Below, piece by piece: positions 41,206 through 48,689 of a stretch of DNA of 48,689 nt (positions are counted from its first letter, which is position 1; every line of letters begins with the position of its first letter). The DNA is from Macrostomum lignano (Eukaryota). Position numbers and translations under genes: made by a program. Location: NCBI GenBank assembly GCA_002269645.1, contig NIVC01000039.1, positions 1-48,689 on the forward strand. Reading direction: 5' to 3'. The notes beneath the pieces are model-generated. The model searched no databases. It was given only the letters and a program-made list of their open reading frames with translations, and was not told the origin of the DNA.

Positions 41206-43341
41206 CTACAACCCTCTTGACCATAGATAGACAATACTCTATTTGTCGTTACTGTCTCAATCAAATAAAGCCGAGGCTAGCCGAGCCGAGCCGAGAGTTA
41301 CAACCTTTCTAATCTCGTTTCCACTATAATAATTCTTATTTGAGCCAGCGCGTGGGAATGAAGGCAGTCGTGCAGGAATGTATAATTCTTGAACGCTTAC
41401 GAGTGCGTCAATGGGAAAAGCACAAGTGTGCGGAGACAGGCCAGAGACAGACTAGAGAAACACCAGAGACAGACCAGTGCACTTGTGCTTTGGCCATAGA
41501 CGCACGAGTAAGCGTTCATGAATTTCATTCTTATTAGAGTTTTTCTCCCCCTTCACTGAATTAATTTTATATGTCGGCGTGAAATAAAAAATCACAAAAA
41601 TCGATTTATTTTTAACCCCCTCTCTCTTTCCTACCTCCACACTCTGTATACATTCTCTCTCCTCCCCATACATTTGCGTACAATTTTAAATAAATTGTTT
41701 GCGTGCAGGAACGGAGAGTGTCATTCCTGCACGATGTCCATGTGTAAAACAGTGGAGATTTGGCCATAGATCATTTCAAGATTATTTCATTCCACTGCGT
41801 TCTAATTCACTCGCTACAAATTCCGAGTTACAAATAAACCTGTCTAAAGTTTGATGTCTATATTCTTATGACTGGCAGCGTCTGTAAGCGCTGAACTTGC
41901 CTGTAGTTAGCTTTGCTTTTGGTAAATTCTTGTGTGTGAAAAAATGATGTTTTAATTATTTTTGCGTTGGTGATCCATTATTCGTTGCAAATAAAACGAA
42001 CGGAAACTGAGAGAAAGTCGATTTTTTTAAAGGAAAGACAGGGCAGGACTTGCCCGAAAAAATCTAACGATGCATGTTTAATAATTTACTTAATAGCAAA
42101 AATATTGCAATAAAAAATGCTTGTCCATAATTGTAGCAAGTGTAGCAATTGTAGCAAATTGTAGCAAAAAAACAAGAAAGTTCAAATGCAAAATAAATAT
42201 TTGGATACATAGAGAAAAAACATGGTTTGGAAGCGCTTAACTCCCTAAGTGCAGAATAAAAAACTGTAGAAATTGTACGCTAGAGAAAAAATTGCTTTAC
42301 GTGTTGGTGTTGTTGTACTACAATAGAAAGCCCTTTAGGCCCAAATAACTAAATTATGAAATATTAATTAGCTGCTTAAAATGCACAAACAACACATTTT
42401 TAATTGCCACGTATGTCAATCGGTAAAAACTTCGAAATTTATTTCGAGTTCAAATTTACAGCTTACGTTGAAAACAAAATTTCAATTAAACAACGGAAAA
42501 ATATAGCATGATAAAGTCTGTGAAGAAAGCGTTACTAGCTACCATGGTATTTACCGACTTTAAAGATTGTTTATTCTATAGCCAAGAGCGGGCACTAGTG
42601 AATTCAGGAACGGCTCTTGACCACAAAGTCTTGCTTACATAATAAACGTCTACGTCTGTATGGTCACAAATGGGCGCATACCATACGCAGATATTGCAGT
42701 CATGTCTAGTAATGATATGTGCTATCACATTTTGTCTTTAGTTGCACTGCTTCAGTATGATTGTTTAAACTCTATGGTACACTAGTACCAGTATGGATAC
42801 AGCTATTATCTTGCCATAAATGCACTGTAGGCTTTCATCATAGTTAAAAAATAAGGCTGTGTCAAAAATAAAAAAACGAAGCACGTGACTTACAAAGGTA
42901 AAGCAGGTACGAACCATAACGAATCAGGTAAAGGATGCCATCGGCAGTGGGTAATATTCCGACAACAGTGCCCGTAATCAAATTGATCACCCAATTTAGG
43001 GCCGAATTGACATCGAATTTACCACCAGCAGATACTTTTCTAGAGGATAAAAATGAGTCTCCGAATCTGGTATTCTGCTTGTATACATGCTAATTAGGAA
43101 CGTGCTAATAAAACCGTCACCAGATCTGCAATCCTAGGAGGATGGGGGGTTGAATACCGAATTGCAAACGTCTTGGCGGAGGATACTTAATGCAAAAAAT
43201 GCTGCCCGAAAGAAACATAAAAAAGCATTTGTCGTTCTGATATCCACATAAATTAAAGTTAAATGAATCACATAACCATTATTATCGATAGACTCTTTCA
43301 TTTTGGATACACCTCGTAACAAAGTTGCACAAAAGTGCAAG

Positions 43342-46300
43342 TCAAATCCTGTCACAGAAGACACAAGTTGAAATGCATGATTGTCGAATGCACGCTTCGT
43401 GGAACCAGATGAAACATTTTTCGCACTGTATCTGAAAGGAGAAGGAAAAATCTAAATTGGAGTTTACTGCCAAGACACTGCTCAGCAATACCTTTATGAA
43501 ATCTCTTTTTGATACATTTCCGAAATTTACGACATCGTAATAACGCTTCGTACTCGTACGCATAAGGTATAATCTTCGCTAAAACTTACAAACCAATGCA
43601 TACTACTCACCCAATTATCGTAGGCACCATCATGTGAAGCCGCCTCTTTCTCTCCACACATCCAGCATAAATTTTCTTGGTCAACCGCCCTGAGGAGCAA
43701 AGTTTTCCACAATTCCAAACGGCTCAGAGCCATCTCTCTTGGTGCCGAATTGATATTTAGTGAGCTATCGGATAGTAGCAAATCAGCGAATTTACACACT
43801 AGCACTCCGCAGCTATTCCCGTCCTGCTGAATCGAGTGCTTTATAGTAATAGGCTGCATTTCATGCCAGCCAAAGCAGTGTCGAACGGAGCTGAGGGCAG
43901 AATAAAACACGAGCAGTAATAGAACAACAAACATAATGGAATGCGTTAGTTTCCTGTCTAATCAGCAATCAGTTTAGTAAAAAATAGAGTACTAATATAA
44001 GTAATTAGTACTCGTGATAAGAGGTGACTGTTGGGTCGCGCAGGTCGTTTGGTATTGATAAAATATATTAAATAGACATTCGGCGCCAGTGATCCGCCCT
44101 AGATACGAGTATCTTAGGCAATCTGGCAATTCAACCAGTGTCGCGAATAGTAGCTAAAAAGGTAAGATCCTTGACACAATATCATGAGGCAAGGTCATGA
44201 GCGTCATGACTCGGGTACTTGATCGCGACTGACTGGCGGTCATTGTGGTGGACTGGCCAACCCTAAAATTGCCTACAATTTTCTTAAGCGTCATAGTTTC
44301 GTACAGGCAGTACAAACCAGTGTTCTGTGCTGGGGTGGGTGTGGGTCGAGATGGGTGTACTCGTATGCATGCTTACCTGCTTGCTCCCCCCTGTAGAGCT
44401 TTATTAAAACTGGTCGTGTGCCTGGCGCTTCACTGGTGCTCATTTTTCCAATTTTTAACCCCGCATCCATTTTTTGCTAATTTTTTTACCAAAGAACTTC
44501 TGTGTTGACGTCTTGATGAATAATTAAATAAATTACCGATAATTAACGATTAACGATAAATTACCGACAATCAACAAAAGATGGGAGTGAGACACAAACG
44601 ACAGTTTAGAATACTTTCAAATACTTGCATTGAGACAATTTAAATACTTTGAGCACCAACTTACTTTAAGTTAGCACATATTGAAATGTTAAGTTGCTCG
44701 GATGACAAAAGAGGATCCAAAACTGCTACATTGTGCCGCTCCAGGTCCACGAACAAAAGCATAAAGTGTTGGTTGCGATATATTGTACCAATTATCGCTT
44801 TCTTTGCCTAAAACATGGGAAAGTCAATAGTTTCAATATTTAGTCAATAAGACACGATGCCATAATCGATAAACTACGGTAATGTCTGCACATCAATCAT
44901 AATGCTAACATTGTGCAGCTTATCGATCAATTCAGCTGTGAATTGATCTTCCACTCCACGAAAGAGTATGTCGACTTCATAGTGCAGTAGAAAAGCCGCA
45001 CCGTCATGCTGAGAAGCCACGGCAGCAAGAAGTGCATTAATAATCTGTGGGAAGGATGCATGGATTACATGGTAGCGTACTGTTTCAGAAGAGAACATAT
45101 AGAAAAGAAACACAAGGATCAGCATTCGATGAGTCTTTATGCAACGCGTTTCGAACCATTATCAATCAAGTTAAATAGAAAACTGCAATAAGACTCAGTG
45201 GAAAGGCATTGTACGCAAAAACCGGACTGGATTGATCTGATGCGCACCATGCCTTTCCACCCTAACTTGTGCACCCAGTTTTGTATACGAGTACTAAACT
45301 TTGACTCCTTCGTCAACTGTAATAATTTTCTTTTCCTTGTCAACTGTTTTTTAACAAGTTCTTTTCTTCTGTTTTCAATTAATAAATAATTGAGACCTGA
45401 CGATGTCCATAGTGTATGAAATGCATCGACTATAGAATCTCTTTGCAGAAGTGACAAGTCAGGTAGAAAAATCTGCTAACTACATATTGATGACATCATA
45501 GTATGGGGAAAGACTCGGGAAGAGCACGACCAAGCAGTCCGAAATCTTTTGGAGCAATGCAGAAAAAAGAACCTGACTCTGAACAGGCAAAAGACGAGCA
45601 TTGGCAAAACTGAGCTTCGATTTCTTGGACACATACTAACTGACAAAGGTGTGAAAGTAGATCCACAAAAAGTAAACAGCATCAAAGAAATGCCGCACCC
45701 AAACAGTTTCGAACGGGTCCATGAGAATTGCCCGCAGACTAACCGCCCGCCGAGATTTGCCCGCAGGAGATTTGCCCGTGGAGATTTGCCCGCCGAGCTT
45801 TTCCCGCGGAGATTTGCCCGCAGTGCATTTTGCCCGTGAGCGAATTGCCCGTGGAGATTTGCCCGCCGAAAATTGCCCGCCGAGATTTGCCCGCAGTGCC
45901 CACCAGCGAGCGAGCGAGTTGCCCTTAATTTGCCCGCGAGCGAGTTGCCCGCCGAGTTTTTTCCCGCCGAGGTTTGCCCGCAATGCTTTTTTCCTGCAGC
46001 GCATTTGGCAGCTAGATTCTGTCTGTATTGCCCCCCCCCCCAAAAAAATATGCATTTAATATGCAGTTACTATCAAAACGTTTTGATCGTGTAAATCTCT
46101 TTATTGAGATTAACACGTACTAAGCATTGGGAAGGCAATGCAGACAAAATCTGCCGCGTCGCTAAATGCGCTGCAGGAAAAAAGCATTGCGGGCAAACCT
46201 CGGCGGGAAAAAACTCGCGGGCAACTCGCTCGCGGGCAAAATGCACTGCGGGCAAATCTCCGCGGGAAAAGCTCGGCGGCAAATCTCCACGGGCAAATCT

Positions 46301-47589
46301 CCTGCGGGCAAATCTCGGCGGGCAATCTGTCTGCGGGCATTTCTCGTGCTCCCGTTTCGAACAGCGTGCTGAAAAGCAAGCGCAGCTCCAACGGTTTATT
46401 GGTAGTGCAAATTACTTGTCAAGATTCATAGTGAATTTTTCGGTACTGACAAGTCCTTGAGAGAAAGAATCATGAAGAAAGAATCCGAATGGGTGTGGAC
46501 CAATGACCAACAGAAGGTACGCAAGCCTGCGGCGTCCATTGTGCCGGCGGCCCCCCTTGATGTCTCCGCAGCCTGCGAGTCTGCCGCCATCCTGCCGCTG
46601 CCCGAAGGAGGCAACTATCGACCTCTCACAACAGCAGAGTTGCCTGAGACCCGGCAGCAGAGACGGGCGTTGCTGATGCTGGTCCTGAAGCAGCTACCGA
46701 GGAGTGGACGGTGCGCGGAGATCGCCAGGCTGCGATTCAAGCCGGAGAGGCTGACCTACAATTGACTGATTGCAACTGATGATCGCTTGTTTTGCTTTTT
46801 TTGATGACACCTTCCGTGATCAAGATCTTAGTGGGAAGGGGTGTGATGACGTACAGTGTAGTGTGGTGTGAGAGGGGGTTGGGGGAAGTGGGTAGGAATG
46901 TTCATTATCGCGATGCGTCACCCATTGCTTGCTTGCTGTTCCTTCCTTCCTTTCCTTTTCCCTTTTGGTTTGCGTACATGTATGAGAGACCCTCGAGGGT
47001 CTTTGTTGCTTGCGTACGGTGCTCGCTAAATATATAGAAGCGACTGGCTCTTCCGGAGCCTCAATCTTACTTCTGCAGTAAACACGGTCTACAAAATAAA
47101 GCTTACTTTCTTTGAAATAATTCACAGAACTGATTGTCAATTGAGCATATCAAAAGGATTTAAGAATTGAGCTGTAATTAAAAGACTTTAAAGGACACAA
47201 GACCAACACCAACTTACCGTGACACTGATCCAACTGCGCTCGCTAAGAAGAGAATCGCGATCGAAGCGCCTGATACAGAATTTTCCATACTTTTCTTGGG
47301 TTGAGAAACAAGGCACGAGCTCTTCCTTAGTAAAATTTTCATCTCTGTTTTTTTTGGATTTTGCACTGGCAGTAGGAAGAATTTTGAGGCGTTTTGAGTC
47401 ACTGGTGATGAATTTTCTTGACGTAGCGGGACACTTAGAATTTTCTTTTTGTCCATAAAATGAAAAAAGTTGATTGATGCTCGTCGAAACTAAAGGGTTT
47501 TTAGTGCTCTTTAACTCGACAGAAGTCTGTCTGCGATTGACCTGTGCACTGTTGGCCATCCTACGTTTAGGTTGCGCCCTCTTGCCCAC
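43342..47589 (-). CDS. Ulp1/SENP (C48) SUMO-protease-like domain + C-terminal PHD finger, 5'-partial, at least 5 exons; probably DNA-transposon-associated
   Basis: complement(join(43342..43431,43611..43890,44665..44807,44910..45044,47218..47589)); GT-AG introns with matching phases 0,0,2,0. The splices rebuild SWISVT|IINALL (cf. WLNDEIINxY), NQHFMLLFVD (His), VLDPL (Asp), QQDGNSCGVLVCKF (Gln, Cys) and a C4HC3 PHD (CWMC...CEKC-FIWF-HEAC...CVFC). The frame breaks by 1 nt near 47590, where it enters the 30-bp repeat. Confidence 0.8.
45440..47152 (+). mobile_element. Internally deleted Ty3/Gypsy LTR retrotransposon remnant (RT fragment, pol C-terminal tail, PPT, 3' LTR) in an intron of the Ulp1-PHD gene
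   Basis: RT palm/thumb (Y/H)IDDIIVWG...LTLNRQK...LRFLGHIL...VDPQKV...LQRFIGSANYLSRFI...WVWTNDQQK, with frameshifts. A pol-end-like RSGR...KPERLTYN* follows. PPT AGTGGGAAGGGG at 46830-46841, then the LTR TGTGATG...CATATCA (46842-47152) with TATATAG at 47031 and AATAAA at 47095. Confidence 0.8.
45715..46353. mobile_element. 639-bp Mutator-like/foldback MITE with a 9-bp TSD, nested in the Gypsy RT
   Basis: TSD GTTTCGAAC at 45706-45714 and 46354-46362. TIRs GGGTCCATGAGAATTGCCCGCAGAC / GGGAGCACGAGAAATGCCCGCAGAC (21/25). Long inverted arms of TTTGCCCGC repeats surround an AT-rich core. Removing the insert plus one TSD restores the RT frame (PNSFEQRAEKQAQLQRFIG). Confidence 0.88.
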
Positions 47590-48689
47590 TCTCGTTTTAG
47601 CTGCGTGCTCTCTGTCGTCCTTGGATTGAATTGCGCGCTCTCAGCCATCCTCCGCTTCGGCTGTGCACTCTCAGCCATCCTCCGCTTCGCTGGCACTCCA
47701 GCCATCCTCCGCTTCGACTGCGCACTCTCAGCCATCCTCCGCTTCGCTGCGGACTCTCAGCCATCCTCCGCTTCGGCTGCGCACTCTCAGCCATCCTCCG
47801 CTTCGGCTGCGACTCTCAGCCATCCTCCGCTTCGGCTGCGCACTCTCAGCCATCCTCCGCTTCGGCTGCGACTCTCAGCCATCCTCCGCTTCGGCTGCGC
47901 ACTCTCAGCCATCCTCCGCTTCGGCTGCGGACTCTCAGCCATCCTCCGCTTCGGCTGCGCACTCTCAGCCATCCTCCGCTTCGGCTGCGGACTCTCAGCC
48001 ATCCTCCGCTTCGGCTGCGCACTCTCAGCCATCCTCCGCTTCGGCTGCGACTCTCAGCCATCCTCCGCTTCGGCTGCGCACTCTCAGCCATCCTCCGCTT
48101 TGACTGCGGACTCTCAGCGATCATTCGTTTTGCGCTTCGAACTCTCGGCCATCATCCGTTTCGACTGCGCACCCTCGGCCAGCTTCAGTTTGATTGGGCA
48201 CTCTGGCCATTCTCAGTTGTGGCTGCGCACTCTCGGCCATTCTCAGTTGTGGCTGCGCACTCTCGGCCAATCTCAGTTGTGGCTGCGCACTCTGCGCAAT
48301 CTCAGTTGTGGCTGTGCACTCTTGCCAATCTCAGTTGTGGCTGCGCACTCTTGCGCAATCTCAGTTATGGCTGCGCACTCTTGGCCAATCTCAGTTGTGG
48401 CTGTCACTCGCCAATCTCAGTTGTGGCTGCGCACTCTTGGCCAATCTCAGTTATGGCTGCGCACTCTTGGCCAATCTCAGTTGTGGCTGTGCACTCTTGG
48501 CCAATCTCAGTTATGGCTGCGCACTCTTTGCCAATCTCAGTTGTGGCTGCGCACTCTCGGCCAATCTCAGTTGTGGCTGCGCACTCTCGGCCAATCTCAG
48601 TTGTGGCTGCGCACTCTCGGCCAATCTCAGTTGTGGCTGCGCACTCTCGGCCAATCTCAGTTGTGGCTGCGCACTCTTGGCCAATCTCA
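47590..48689 (-). repeat. 30-bp tandem repeat in two related variants (minus-strand translation MAESAQPKRR at ~47636-48120 and LAKSAQPQLR at ~48200-48689), running off the window end
   Basis: Visible periodicity, with transitional units at 48121-48200 and occasional 29-bp units. Confidence 0.95.

Noticed and set aside
41368-41734. 13-bp inverted repeat (TCGTGCAGGAATG) and a 10-bp-stem hairpin at 41702-41733
   Set aside because: Too short, with no TSD or Helitron CTRR end, to call an element.
42894-43039. Candidate orphan minus-strand exon (KVSAGGKFDVNSALNWVINLITG...) with good splice sites
   Set aside because: 48 open codons can arise by chance, and I could not link it to in-phase neighbouring exons or a known motif.
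45137-45457. 106-aa minus-strand ORF as an additional Ulp1-PHD exon
   Set aside because: Including it would split the WISVT|IINAL motif, and no convincing splice pair was found; treated as intronic.
45636-46460. Cluster of ORFs with FARGDLPA-type repeats
   Set aside because: Translations of the foldback MITE's subterminal repeats.

Overview
Metazoan genomic DNA: GT-AG spliced genes, GC-rich exons, dense satellites and a TTAGGG run. The style suggests a free-living flatworm such as Macrostomum (inference only). There are no prokaryotic features, rRNA, tRNA or CRISPR. I reconstructed six genes by hand with phase-consistent splice sites. One is an intronless SLC3/4F2hc-type heavy chain on + (3515-5446). 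Four are tandem minus-strand genes: a TMEM72/Flower-like membrane protein (6845-8691), a cation-type nicotinic acetylcholine receptor alpha subunit (9541-15066), a secreted 8-Cys three-finger/Ly6-like protein that the ORF track shows only in fragments (17509-19608), and an aquaporin with an atypical pore (21071-24680). The sixth is a spliced Ulp1/SENP-type protease + PHD finger gene (43342 to at least 47589). One of its introns holds a Gypsy remnant with a nested 9-bp-TSD foldback MITE, and its upstream part runs into a 30-bp repeat encoding basic decamers. The rest is largely repeats: an 8.7-kb two-monomer satellite with a ~2-kb higher-order duplication, a ~450-bp inverted repeat pair bracketing it, a LINE 3' end with a 14-bp TSD, MITEs and many minisatellites. 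Best leads: the three-finger gene directly upstream of the nAChR, the Ulp1-PHD gene, and the NPI/wide-filter aquaporin.
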